From positions 1 to 56,311 of IMG/VR virus record IMGVR_UViG_3300013763_000001: DNA of 56,311 nucleotides. One strand, written 5' to 3'. A program made the position numbers and the translations under genes. This document shows, piece by piece, positions 26,501-35,004 of this stretch; position 1 is the stretch's first letter, and every line of letters starts with the position of its first letter. This DNA comes from a virus. Taxonomy: Duplodnaviria; Caudoviricetes. The notes below the pieces were generated by a model. The model worked only from the letters and a program-made list of their open reading frames with translations, made no database searches and was not told the origin of the DNA.

Positions 26501-27192
26501 GTATTGGCATCGGCAGCATCCATGCCGTGTTTGGTCAGAGCGATGTAAGCGGCGCTCACCTGGTCAAGAGGCACCTTGTAGTTGGCAGCCATCGCCAGAG
26601 CGTTGCCGCTGTTGGCAGTGAATTGTTCCAGGGTGAGGTCGCCGGCAGCAGCGGCAGTGTGGAGCATGTCCATCGCGGCGGCCGCTTCACTGCCGGACAT
26701 AGCGAACTCATGCAGCACGCGGGCAAGTGTTTGCGCATAACTCGCAACGCTGCCGCCTGTCGATGCCGCGCTCTCTTGTGCGACGTTGAGTACGTTTACC
26801 GCAGTCGTGGTGTCGTTCATAATATTCGACACGTGAACATATCCGGCACCTAAGTCAGATAAGCTCATGCCGGACTGCTGGCTCATCTGCAAGATGGCAT
26901 CGCCCATGGCCACCGTCTCTTTAGTTGTCAGCGTTGTGTTGGCCTCTGCGCGGCTAAGTTGCGTTTGGAAGTCCGCCGCTGCCTTTGTTGCGACGATCAG
27001 TGCAGCGCCGGCCGCCGCCGCGCCAGCAGCCAGGGCCATCATCGCTGGCCCCATGGCGGCAAGTGCCTTAGCCGCCTTTCCTGCCTCACCACCTAGGCCG
27101 TTGAGGTCATTGGCGATGGCGCTAATCACGTCGCTTGCCGCGTTCTCAGCGCCGAATTGCAATTTCAGGAGCAACGCCATCGTTTCGTTCAT
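23536..27192 (-). CDS. tape measure protein with C-terminal NlpC/P60-CHAP-like domain
   Basis: 1218 aa Ala-rich helical protein; TP901-type N-region; WCEAF...GDLVYF...GHVGVY; C-terminal GG.I.EP...GE.G.E.V.P. Confidence 0.92.
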   Translation of the reverse strand: MNETMALLLKLQFGAENAASDVISAIANDLNGLGGEAGKAAKALAAMGPAMMALAAGAAAAGAALIVATKAAADFQTQLSRAEANTTLTTKETVAMGDAILQMSQQSGMSLSDLGAGYVHVSNIMNDTTTAVNVLNVAQESAASTGGSVASYAQTLARVLHEFAMSGSEAAAAMDMLHTAAAAGDLTLEQFTANSGNALAMAANYKVPLDQVSAAYIALTKHGMDAADANTQMADQFLRLTTVTPKVETELKRVSQLTGVDLVGDFTSAGLASKGLTGIYADLTDAENKMGMSSEAAFAENMLLGDSLRGGRGLAILAGNGLTDYTAILGQVDDATASAAKRQDDYNRYLQTTAGEMDQLKAMALALAIAFGGPLNDAFGALLSDIVGTIQEFQALNDKIFQMTAFFRNWVISTGAIGTALEGVDTSTDNLVSVQHNLELQMYATAGAARAEEMAITDGLSGAMASANEQSASMATQAEAIAAQDKARAEAIKQLVKDTAKANVDAWHDAISTVTDQLATATAADKVMAEQSHSAALATIQANADASKMALADEVKNYNDAMDAEIKARREQQVANDKELQIEAATATASENSRYNDVVAGYAAQKVAADTYYSIVTDHINQEVTDATNAERQRVEAATDATNATIQNLQNEKQAFDNTIAEEIQARQNQYTMDVRILDATTKAQLAAIKGQEDALRREYDYRKQEQQVGGKEGKPAEALLRQYHDLLDAGNVTGAEAIATKLSGIDQNLADMMAQDQLNRQEAALQSQATSIQDQANAQKQSMGDELAAFKEMEADKKAASDAWFAAEIEMWRGQLAAYKDDQAAHLAAYKVTEQQKQDTATFNHKQALAIIAGDDIIAKRAHDAQLAAIKLAEDNKRSVDAAQAAADLAKLQADKTAQDAVYAASETARAKLYTEQTAAANVTYKDETDGIDAVAREHQKQLQQMANDANTWSGSETAAIDAVTSALDAMNGALNGQAAAQTALNAAQAASGTGMQYGTGNAGGTGGGIPAPGGGPAQHDGSNDARGQQILANAQAMTGDQSYDGWCEAFAERVSGVGNMGGSARGAWGNWGKGQQTGMPDKVGDLVYFGYGADGHVGVYAGGGQFTSALDSPWGVTTMSMSAYEQANNAPYLGYVQPFYNGGWINEPIMGVGASGQRYSFGEKGREYVSPDGKTGSVNVYITGNYLLSNRDLEELASKVGRVIVRQTGASISLIR

Positions 27193-27262
27193 CGCTACTC
27201 CTTCCCGACGCTGTGTGCTAGGCTGTCGCCATCAAATGATCAAACGTTGATTGGAGAGCGTC

Positions 27263-27676
27263 ATGCGCCCGCCGCGATGGTTCGTGGTATTTATTCTTGG
27301 TGTTGCTGGTCTTTTGCTGGCCGTCGTGTTCAGTTCGCATCCTAGCCAGGATGTCCCGCAAGGGGCAGCGCCAACCAAAGCGCCGCCTGCTTACTCGCTA
27401 GCAGTAATCCAGAACGGCGGCTACGTCGGCCCTGACGATCTGCTCGTGCGCCAGTTTCAGCGCCAACTTGACCTTCTCAGCAGTAAATGCAACGACGCTG
27501 AAAGCACCATCGCGGATCAAGTCGTGACAACACACGACATCCTCAAGAAGCGTGGCATCGTTGAAAGCTACCTGGCTGTTCTCACTGACGTTGATCGCGT
27601 CGTGCCCGCTGGTACGTCCATGACGTGCGCTCAGGACTTCGCAGCCTGGGCGACTATCCGTATCGACACACCCTAG
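27263..27676 (+). CDS. antisense moron: membrane-anchored/exported protein
   Basis: N-terminal TM (WFVVFILGVAGLLLAVVF); own -10 TGCTAGGCT at about 27216-27224; CTAG tail-to-tail overlap. Confidence 0.75.
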   Translation: MRPPRWFVVFILGVAGLLLAVVFSSHPSQDVPQGAAPTKAPPAYSLAVIQNGGYVGPDDLLVRQFQRQLDLLSSKCNDAESTIADQVVTTHDILKKRGIVESYLAVLTDVDRVVPAGTSMTCAQDFAAWATIRIDTP

Positions 27677-27924
27677 CCCCGATTCGCCGCCATCCACTCA
27701 CGGCCCTCGGATTCAGCGTTGAGGATCATCACCAGTAGTTCCTGGGCGATGATCGGCAACCGCGCCCAGCCTTCGAGCGCCTGCCAGCCGAACCGGTCCG
27801 CCATTCGGAATTCCGTCAGCATCGGGATAGGCTCGTCACAGACGTTGCCGGCCGGGTCCGTCATCGGGTCGCCCTTGCCGGCGAAGATCAGGCCGAGACG
27901 GTACTGATACTCTGCCCTTTTGGG
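27673..27924 (-). CDS. tail assembly chaperone -1 frameshift extension (gpGT-like)
   Basis: The -1 frame is open from slippery C-CCA-AAA (27924-27918) to the stop at 27673. Confidence 0.7.
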   Translation of the reverse strand, partial: PKRAEYQYRLGLIFAGKGDPMTDPAGNVCDEPIPMLTEFRMADRFGWQALEGWARLPIIAQELLVMILNAESEGREWMAANRG

Positions 27925-28292
27925 GCCGGGATCTCCGTGCGTGCGTTGACTGCCAACAGCAGCCGGTCGTAGTCCGCTGCGCTGCCCTCCGTCTGAAGCA
28001 TCTGCATGGTCTCAGTCGTAATCGGCAGCACCTTGCCGTCGTCATCGTCCAGCGTCCACTCACAGACGCACCGCGCCAGCAGTTCACGATTGAAGGCGTC
28101 GCCGTCGAACGGGATGTCGGCCTCTGGGTCAATGCGCCGCAGTTTGACCGCCGCCGCCACGCCATCCTTGCCCCCCTGGGCAATCTCGCGCGCCTGGTCG
28201 CGTTCGTCCGGGCGCAACGCCCGTACCTTGGCGACGTAACCGCCGGACAGCGCCACCTCAACCGGCACGCGCAACTTGCTCAGATAGCCCAT
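27888..28292 (-). CDS. tail assembly chaperone (gpG-like)
   Basis: Between tube and tape measure; CVCEWTLDDDDGKVLPIT motif. Confidence 0.8.
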   Translation of the reverse strand: MGYLSKLRVPVEVALSGGYVAKVRALRPDERDQAREIAQGGKDGVAAAVKLRRIDPEADIPFDGDAFNRELLARCVCEWTLDDDDGKVLPITTETMQMLQTEGSAADYDRLLLAVNARTEIPAPKGQSISTVSA

Positions 28293-28335
28293 GTCGTTGT
28301 CTCTCTCATCAGGAGCGACACACGCCGCCCCACGT

Positions 28336-29568
28336 CTAAATGAACGGCAACCAGGTTCCGTTCGTCACTGTGACGGCGACGCTATGCCCGGTCACGTCGT
28401 CAAGCGGAGCGTCGAAGGTTGCGTCGTACAGCAGCAGATCGCCAAGCTTCAAGGGCATGGAAAGTTTGGTCATGATGATCTTCGGCAGGGTGAACACAAT
28501 ACTATTCGCCGCTTGCGCGAGCGTCAGCACTGCCGCACCCACCGTCCCGGCTACCATCGCGTTGTACCGCGTCATATCCTGGACGATGTTCGCGAACTTG
28601 CCGCTGATCTTGCGCTTCACCGGCGGTACCATCGCCGGAAGATTCGTGCCGTTGAACGTGTAGAACTCCTTCGCCATCTGATCGATGTCGAGGCTGAAGC
28701 TCTGCACGCTCGTATCGTTCGCGCCGAACAGCGACAGCGCGTAGTTGGCGAGCGCCAGCGGAGACGACGTGCCGTAGGTCGGGACGCTGGCGGTGATCTG
28801 CGCCTCCGGGCCAACGGCGGACACGTCGTAGCCCATCTTGGCAGCGCCCTTGGTGTCAAGGCTCAACGAGGCCTTGCTCACGGTCGTCCCGGCATATTGC
28901 AGGCTCGTGAGCCCGTTCAAGTTCTTTTCCATGGTCACGGTTTTGTAGCTGCTTGCTCCGGGCTGATCGGGCAGCAGATTGTGCGTAAACACCACGGTCG
29001 CCGCCGGGATGCGCGCCACCACACCGGCGGTCGTGTACGTATTGCGGAGCGTCTCACCGGTCTGCAACGCCAGGACGTAGGGTCCGGCGCCGGTCACGCT
29101 GAGCACCTTATGCACCTCGGAGAGGTTGACCGTACTCGGCGCCCCCGTTGCCTGCTGAATCTGGAGATAATCGCCGGCGGCAATCGGCGTGGCAGTCTGC
29201 GTGGTGATCGTCACGGCGCTGGAGCCGGCCGCCAGTCCCGCGCCGGATGCGCCAATGGCAACAAGCACCCCGGCAGCAGTCGAACTCTGATAGGTGTCGC
29301 TGCCGATCGCCGCCGCCAGCAGCGGCAAGCCCTGATCGACGTACAGCGGCACATCGACCTTGCCCTTGATCGCCTGCTCGGCGATCACCGGGACATAGGA
29401 CGTGTCGCGGCTATTCCGTAGCAAATCCTCGAACACGACGCCCGGCGTGTGCTCGATGGACTCGTCCAGCAGTTGCAGGTAGCTGCTGGCTGGCACCGGT
29501 GTGCCGATCACCGCCTCCGGCGCCACGCCGATGAAGCCCTTGCCGAAATACTGATTGAGGGCAGGCAT
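28336..29568 (-). CDS. major tail tube protein
   Basis: IGVAPE...GTPV N-terminus; FTH...SY.TVTMEK...Y.G..V...L...R.ISG.F; synteny. Confidence 0.8.
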   Translation of the reverse strand: MPALNQYFGKGFIGVAPEAVIGTPVPASSYLQLLDESIEHTPGVVFEDLLRNSRDTSYVPVIAEQAIKGKVDVPLYVDQGLPLLAAAIGSDTYQSSTAAGVLVAIGASGAGLAAGSSAVTITTQTATPIAAGDYLQIQQATGAPSTVNLSEVHKVLSVTGAGPYVLALQTGETLRNTYTTAGVVARIPAATVVFTHNLLPDQPGASSYKTVTMEKNLNGLTSLQYAGTTVSKASLSLDTKGAAKMGYDVSAVGPEAQITASVPTYGTSSPLALANYALSLFGANDTSVQSFSLDIDQMAKEFYTFNGTNLPAMVPPVKRKISGKFANIVQDMTRYNAMVAGTVGAAVLTLAQAANSIVFTLPKIIMTKLSMPLKLGDLLLYDATFDAPLDDVTGHSVAVTVTNGTWLPFI

Positions 29569-29790
29569 TTATTCGCTCGCTTTCTGCGCGCTCAGCGCCG
29601 AATCGTTGGTGGGCGGCGCTGGCGGTGGGACTTCCTCCGCCACGTGCGCGGCAGTCACGACTTCCACGCCGGGCAAGGTCAGCAACGAGGCGACGTGCTC
29701 TTCGCCAACGCTCCGCACTTCACCCGGCTGCCAGGCAGGCAATCCTGGGGTATAGATCGTCTCCGTACCGGTATGGATGAGGTCGGGCAT
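29569..29790 (-). CDS. small hypothetical protein
   Basis: AGGAG RBS; precedes the tube gene. Confidence 0.6.
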   Translation of the reverse strand: MPDLIHTGTETIYTPGLPAWQPGEVRSVGEEHVASLLTLPGVEVVTAAHVAEEVPPPAPPTNDSALSAQKASE

Positions 29791-29896
29791 ATCGGATACT
29801 CCTGTCCTGATTGTCTGCTCGTGACCGCAGGCGGAAGTGCGCCGCCTTGACCGCTGGAAGAGAACGAAACAACGGCTGACGACTCGCCCCGGTCGG

Positions 29897-30337
29897 TCAA
29901 AACGAAATTGCCAGGTCGCGGACTTCGACTTCTACCAGCGCTTGCAGCACCGGGAAACCCAGCGTCTCATCGTGAATGGGTGTCCCGACGGTGGTCTTCA
30001 TCGTCAGTCCGGCGTAGAGCCAGACGCCGGTGACTTCTCGATTGGCGCGGATCGTCGTCTTGATCGTTTCCAGCACGACGCGCGCATCGGTCATGATCTG
30101 CTCCAGCGTGCGCGTGGTCGCCTCCCAGCGGTCGAAATAATCCAGGTGGATCATGTGTGTTTCCTGAGAGGAGCGGAACGACAGCAGCGTTTCCATGGTG
30201 TCCGGCGCGGTGATCGTCATGGCCGGGAAGCTGCCCGACGTGAAATCCACGCCATCCTCCACTACGACCGTCGCTAGCGCCGTACCGCTGCTCTGGATCA
30301 ACGTCTGCATCTGGTTCATCACGGTCGTTGCACTCAT
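29897..30337 (-). CDS. tail terminator-like protein
   Basis: Size, synteny, FPA.TI motif. Confidence 0.6.
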   Translation of the reverse strand: MSATTVMNQMQTLIQSSGTALATVVVEDGVDFTSGSFPAMTITAPDTMETLLSFRSSQETHMIHLDYFDRWEATTRTLEQIMTDARVVLETIKTTIRANREVTGVWLYAGLTMKTTVGTPIHDETLGFPVLQALVEVEVRDLAISF

Positions 30338-30807
30338 GGGACTGCCACCGCCCGGCGCAGTTCGGCCCAGGCGAGCGCGTTCAGCAGCGGCTTGGCGCGT
30401 TCTACCGTGCGCGTGAGGAAGTCGTTGGGCTTCGTGCCGGGGTGATGCACCACCTTGGCAAACACTCTGCCGCCGGCAACGTCGAACGCCAGCGCCCCAC
30501 CGCTCCGCGCCACAATGAGATGCGGCCGCGTGCCGAGCAGGACATACTGTGCATACGGCGCTTCCGTGGTGAATTCCACCGTCACGTGCAGGCCGGTGCC
30601 AGAGAGATGCGCCGTCGTGGTACTGCGCAGGTTGCCGGTTTTGGACGGCTCCTCCGAGCGGAGGATCGGCAAGACCACCGTTTCCGCGCTCTTGCCCAGC
30701 CGCAACGCGCCAATCGTCCGCCAGGCCGCGATGCCGCTGTCGATACCGAGGATGCGGGAGCGCGCAGCGGCAATACTGCCGCCGTCATCGAGCTTGAGGG
30801 TAATCAC
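30334..30807 (-). CDS. HK97 gp10-like neck protein
   Basis: P.KTGNLRS...APYAQYV..GTRPH...V.HPGT.PN.FL. Confidence 0.8.
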   Translation of the reverse strand: MITLKLDDGGSIAAARSRILGIDSGIAAWRTIGALRLGKSAETVVLPILRSEEPSKTGNLRSTTTAHLSGTGLHVTVEFTTEAPYAQYVLLGTRPHLIVARSGGALAFDVAGGRVFAKVVHHPGTKPNDFLTRTVERAKPLLNALAWAELRRAVAVP

Positions 30808-31133
30808 TCGGCCATACCCTTCAGCATCGCGCTCTTGTAGGCCATCAGCAGCCCTTGATGCAGTTCGACGTGCTGGACGGTGTAGATCATCGGCTTGGTG
30901 CGCGTCTGTGGCGTGTAGCCGGTGATCTGGTCGAGGTCGCGGAGGTCAACCGTGGCATCCACGATCAGCCGCAGTGTGTCAGCCGCCGCCACACCGCGTA
31001 GCGCGAACTGCTCGGCCAGGTCTTGGATGTACGCCGGCACGCTCGCCTGCACCACGGACTCGGTACTCTGCTTGGTGGTAGCGTTGTATGACGCCCGGTT
31101 GATGCTGATCGTGGCGTTGTGGAACAGCAGCAT
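30804..31133 (-). CDS. head-closure-like protein
   Basis: Size and synteny. Confidence 0.6.
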   Translation of the reverse strand: MLLFHNATISINRASYNATTKQSTESVVQASVPAYIQDLAEQFALRGVAAADTLRLIVDATVDLRDLDQITGYTPQTRTKPMIYTVQHVELHQGLLMAYKSAMLKGMAE

Positions 31134-32075
31134 CTAGGCGAACCCCGGCCCGCCGCGCATGAACGGTTCCAGCATGTCGGTAATCTCCGGGGGGATGGCA
31201 AGTGGATGCGGGTTCTGGCGCGTCGGCCAGCGCAGCATCTGCTCACCGAGACGTATTTCGTTGAGTGCGCCGATCTGCGCCTGCTCCCCTGCCATGACCA
31301 GGCAGAGGCTGGCGCACGCTTCCTTGAGCGCATCCGGGTAGGCGTTGCCGAGGTAGCCATACGTATAGCGGATCGCCATCGGCACCCGACGCGGAAACGT
31401 CGTCGTGTAGTTGATGCTCTGAATGAGCAGCGGCGTGTAGTTGATCATGCTGCCTTCGGCGGCGTTGACCACCAGGCCCGCCGCCCACACCGGCAAGCTG
31501 AGCATGCCCGGCGTGAGGATGGTGATAAAGTCGATGGTGTTGACAGCCACACGAGCGCCGGCGCTATGCGCGTAGGTAAACGGTCGCAGCAACGTCAGCG
31601 TTCCGCTGATCGCCGGAGAGGCGTCCGCTACGACACCGGCTGGCGCAATCTCGTTGCCCGGCTCGCCCAGGCTGTCGCCCCATTGCAAAAACTGACCGGG
31701 TAGGAAGTTGGCGATGTTGGTGACGTGGCAGGAGGCGGCGCCGGCGGCTACGCCCGCCGTGATCGTCGTGTCACAGACGATACTGCTGCCGATTCCAGCC
31801 GCCGCCGGCGGCGTTGTCTGGTAGGTTGACAGTTGCGCCAGCGGGTAGCGCAGCAGCCGCAAGATGTTGGTGCCGTTGCCGGTGCGCTCTTCCGTGACAT
31901 TGGTCAGGCTGAACGTTTGCCGGCAGTAGGCGTCGATCTTGCGGCTGGCGCGGGTAATCAAGTCGGTCAGTTGCGCCGTGCTGTACTGCGTGAAGTCCAC
32001 ACCCAGCGCGCCAAACGACCCGATGAACTGCGACGCCATCCCAATGAGATCCCACGGCTGAAGATACGCTGCCAT
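31134..32075 (-). CDS. head-tail connector/adaptor with inserted beta domain
   Basis: ITRASRKIDAYC...F...E...G.G..L.L..YP...Y.YGY...P..LKEAC...L.PF. Confidence 0.75.
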   Translation of the reverse strand: MAAYLQPWDLIGMASQFIGSFGALGVDFTQYSTAQLTDLITRASRKIDAYCRQTFSLTNVTEERTGNGTNILRLLRYPLAQLSTYQTTPPAAAGIGSSIVCDTTITAGVAAGAASCHVTNIANFLPGQFLQWGDSLGEPGNEIAPAGVVADASPAISGTLTLLRPFTYAHSAGARVAVNTIDFITILTPGMLSLPVWAAGLVVNAAEGSMINYTPLLIQSINYTTTFPRRVPMAIRYTYGYLGNAYPDALKEACASLCLVMAGEQAQIGALNEIRLGEQMLRWPTRQNPHPLAIPPEITDMLEPFMRGGPGFA

Positions 32076-32078
32076 CGG

Positions 32079-32432
32079 CTAGGAGTAGGCGACGGTGGCC
32101 TGCCCACCCTGCACGCTCACAGCCGCCCACAGACCGTTGACAAACGGCACGCCCTCGGCCAGCGTCGCCACCCACACGTCAACTGCCTGCGCCGCCGGCA
32201 CTTGCAAGACAATGCGACCGCTGGCAGCGGTCGCATTGTCGTAAAAGGTGAGCACTCCGGCCAGCGCCGTGGTGAGCATCGTGCCGAACAAGCGCCCGAC
32301 GCCCACCTTGACCGCTTGCCCGGTGACGGTGATCGGGTTGGCGGTCGCCGCGAGTGCGTGCGCGCCGGTCAGTGGGTTGCCGATACCGATAGGTATGGTC
32401 TTGTCATCCAGCAGTTGGACTGTCTGGCTCAT
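32079..32432 (-). CDS. putative virion protein
   Basis: VK.G.GRL...LTFYDNATAASG...GVPFVNGL pattern. Confidence 0.65.
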   Translation of the reverse strand: MSQTVQLLDDKTIPIGIGNPLTGAHALAATANPITVTGQAVKVGVGRLFGTMLTTALAGVLTFYDNATAASGRIVLQVPAAQAVDVWVATLAEGVPFVNGLWAAVSVQGGQATVAYS

Positions 32433-32433
32433 G

Positions 32434-32913
32434 CTAGACCACCGGCCCGGTCGCCGTGATGCCCACCTCGGCGCAGGCGAGAAGGATCGGCAGGGCCGCG
32501 CCGGTGCCGCTGGTCACGCTCTGTAGCGTGATGATGTCCCCCGGCTGCAATACTACCGGAACCTGGGTAGCGCTAATGGTGAACAACGCCAACTCGGTCT
32601 GTACCGCCAGCGCAGCGCTGGTGGCATAGGTCGTGCCAAGGTTGGCAAGGAAGGCGCCGGCCCGCCACTGGCGAAAGCGCAATGTCTGCAGGTTGGTCGC
32701 CACGGCGGCAATCGCCACAGCGGCGACGATGGACAGGCGAATGACCGTCGCCGATGTCGCCTGACTAGGCACCTTGTAGATCGGCACCTCGTAGGCGGCA
32801 GCAGCGGCGGCGGCGGCGGCGGACTCCTGATAGCACAGCGGCGTGCCGAGGTCCGCCTCAATCTCCCCCAGAGTATCGCTCTGGGCCCGGTCAAACACTC
32901 CGGCAGTTGGCAT
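32434..32913 (-). CDS. putative capsid decoration/virion protein
   Basis: Ala-rich beta protein after the capsid gene; GGAG RBS. Confidence 0.6.
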   Translation of the reverse strand: MPTAGVFDRAQSDTLGEIEADLGTPLCYQESAAAAAAAAAYEVPIYKVPSQATSATVIRLSIVAAVAIAAVATNLQTLRFRQWRAGAFLANLGTTYATSAALAVQTELALFTISATQVPVVLQPGDIITLQSVTSGTGAALPILLACAEVGITATGPVV

Positions 32914-32915
32914 GG

Positions 32916-33230
32916 TTACGCTCCATTCTGCCGGTATGGCCGGCGTTGCGGCTTACGCCGCTTCTCTACTGGCAACAGGACATTGGACCGGCGAGTACGT
33001 GACGGCAGCGCATCATCATCGGCATCCGCTGCGACCGGTAGCCGCTTGACGAACACGGCGCGCCCACGCTCGTCGGCGGCGATCCCTTGCAAGAAGGTGA
33101 TCTCGTCGGGGTCGCTCGTCGTGTACTCGCCGGCTGAAAAGATGATGCGATACTCCCGGCCAGTCGCACGGTCGAAGCCATGCGCCATATAGCCGGGGTA
33201 AGGGCTGCCGAAGATAGCCTCGGTCGTCAT
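32916..33230 (-). CDS. hypothetical protein
   Basis: MTTEAIFGSPYPG...F..GEYTTSDPDEI.FL. Confidence 0.65.
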   Translation of the reverse strand: MTTEAIFGSPYPGYMAHGFDRATGREYRIIFSAGEYTTSDPDEITFLQGIAADERGRAVFVKRLPVAADADDDALPSRTRRSNVLLPVEKRRKPQRRPYRQNGA

Positions 33231-33289
33231 AATAGCGTAATGTCCATACGCTATACTCCTTTCACGAACGTGTGTATGGAGGATGCATC

Positions 33290-33937
33290 TTGGAAGAGAC
33301 AAAGCGCTGTCCCAGTTGCGGGGAGACGAAGCCCCGTACGTTCGAGTTCTTCTATCACAACAGCAGGACTGTCAGCGGTTTTACTGTGTACTGCCGGAAA
33401 TGTACGAACGCGAAGTATGCGCTGATCCGCTATGCCGTGACTGAGCGTAGCAAGGAGAAGGTGCGAGATGGCACCGTCACCGAGAAACGCTGTCCAACCT
33501 GCGGCGAGACGAAGGCGCTAGACGCTTTCTACGGACATCGGGGCAACACCTACGGGAAAACAGCCCTCTGCAAAATATGCCTGGACGCGAAGCAAAAGGC
33601 GCGAGCGATGGCCCGCAAGGAAGCTGGGCTGCCGCACGTTCAGTCCGAGCGTCGGCGCGCCTTCCGCATGCGCGTCCTGTGCCACTACAGCGGCGGCGAG
33701 ACGCCGTTCTGCGCCTGCTGCCACACCACCTACCTGCCCCACCTGACGATGGACCATATCAACGGTGGCGGCGCTGAGGATAGAAAAACCAAGTCGAGTT
33801 CCACACTCTACCAGCGCATCTGCGAAGCAGGGTTCCCTCCTGAGTTCCAAATACTTTGTTGGAGTTGCAATATGGCAAAGTTCCAACTTGGTGCGTGTGG
33901 ATGCCAGGAAGTGAGGGTTACGACTGCCTTGCGCTAG
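33290..33937 (+). CDS. zinc-finger HNH-like endonuclease (antisense insert 4)
   Basis: Two KRCP.CGETK...F...C..C fingers; CACC...LTMDHINGGG...QILCWSCN; TATACT 33252-33257; GGAGG before TTG 33290. Confidence 0.85.
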   Translation: MEETKRCPSCGETKPRTFEFFYHNSRTVSGFTVYCRKCTNAKYALIRYAVTERSKEKVRDGTVTEKRCPTCGETKALDAFYGHRGNTYGKTALCKICLDAKQKARAMARKEAGLPHVQSERRRAFRMRVLCHYSGGETPFCACCHTTYLPHLTMDHINGGGAEDRKTKSSSTLYQRICEAGFPPEFQILCWSCNMAKFQLGACGCQEVRVTTALR

Positions 33938-35004
33938 TAGGCAAGCCCGTAGACGACCCCAAACGCCTTTTGTACCCTTAGCTCAAGGGACATTTCTGAC
34001 GTTATCATCCGCTCGATCTGCGTTTGGACCCTTGCAAGCGGCTCCGTGCCGAGCTTGATGAGCGTCGCGCGCTTCAACAGCTTGGTGTTGAGCAGGACCA
34101 TGACGCCTGCGGGCAGCTTCGGCTCCCAGGCGATGGCGACCTTGCTGAAGCCGGTGTTGTAGTAGCTGGTGTTCGATCCCGCCGTGAGGTCGCCGTTCTG
34201 CGGCGTCATAATCGTCGGGTGCCAGGTGTTGATGACCTCCAACTGACTGGCGTTGACCAGCAGCAGGTCGGGCATGTACGGCGTCAACTGATTGGCCATG
34301 TTCTTGGCCAGGTCGCGCAGCATCTGCTCTACCAGCGCCGTGCCGGTGTAAGGAGCGGCCGCGGCATTGATCAGCTGCCCGCCACCGTAGCCGGTCTGCG
34401 CGCCAAAGCCGGCCAGGACGCCAGCGCCGAGGATCTCCAAGATGCCGTTGAACTGGCTGGTGATGGCCGTACCGCTGGCGGGTGACGGCGAGGCCGGGAC
34501 CGGCGCGTTGGTGTTGTTGGCGCTGTTGCCGTTGACCAGGCACCACTCAATCTCGTTGAGGACTTCTTCCATCTTGAGCGTGGTGTCGAGGTCCAGCGCA
34601 TCCTGGATGTTTCGCTCGAGCTCGCCATCGGCCAGGCGCCAGGAACCGGCGCCGGTGAACAGCGCGGCTTCAGTATCGGTCACGGCGGCGGTCTTGCCGA
34701 AGCGGCCGACGGTATTGCTGATCTGCGTCGGCGCCTGGAAGTCGGCGACCGGCTTGCCGCCTTCGGCATAACCGGCGGTGCTACCGGTCGCAGCAATCAA
34801 GCCTTGCTCGTCCCAGACGTGCGTCTTTGCGCGCATCGGCACTTCGCCGATGGCCGGCACCGGCGCGCCGCCCCGGATGTTCTGCGCCTGGAGCAACGGC
34901 CGGATCGGGCCATCCACGACGCTAATCAGGCCGGAGAGGTCTTGCCGGATATAGTTCGCGGCCTGGACGCTATCCATTGCCTTGCGGACTTCGACCATGG
35001 TCAT
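33934..35004 (-). CDS. major capsid protein (DUF5309/SU10-like)
   Basis: DLS..I..VD...P...H.WDE...EG...N.....K...VTDT...EIE..L..G...GI...E.LA...E..LE; synteny; strongly GC3-biased. Confidence 0.85.
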   Translation of the reverse strand: MTMVEVRKAMDSVQAANYIRQDLSGLISVVDGPIRPLLQAQNIRGGAPVPAIGEVPMRAKTHVWDEQGLIAATGSTAGYAEGGKPVADFQAPTQISNTVGRFGKTAAVTDTEAALFTGAGSWRLADGELERNIQDALDLDTTLKMEEVLNEIEWCLVNGNSANNTNAPVPASPSPASGTAITSQFNGILEILGAGVLAGFGAQTGYGGGQLINAAAAPYTGTALVEQMLRDLAKNMANQLTPYMPDLLLVNASQLEVINTWHPTIMTPQNGDLTAGSNTSYYNTGFSKVAIAWEPKLPAGVMVLLNTKLLKRATLIKLGTEPLARVQTQIERMITSEMSLELRVQKAFGVVYGLAY

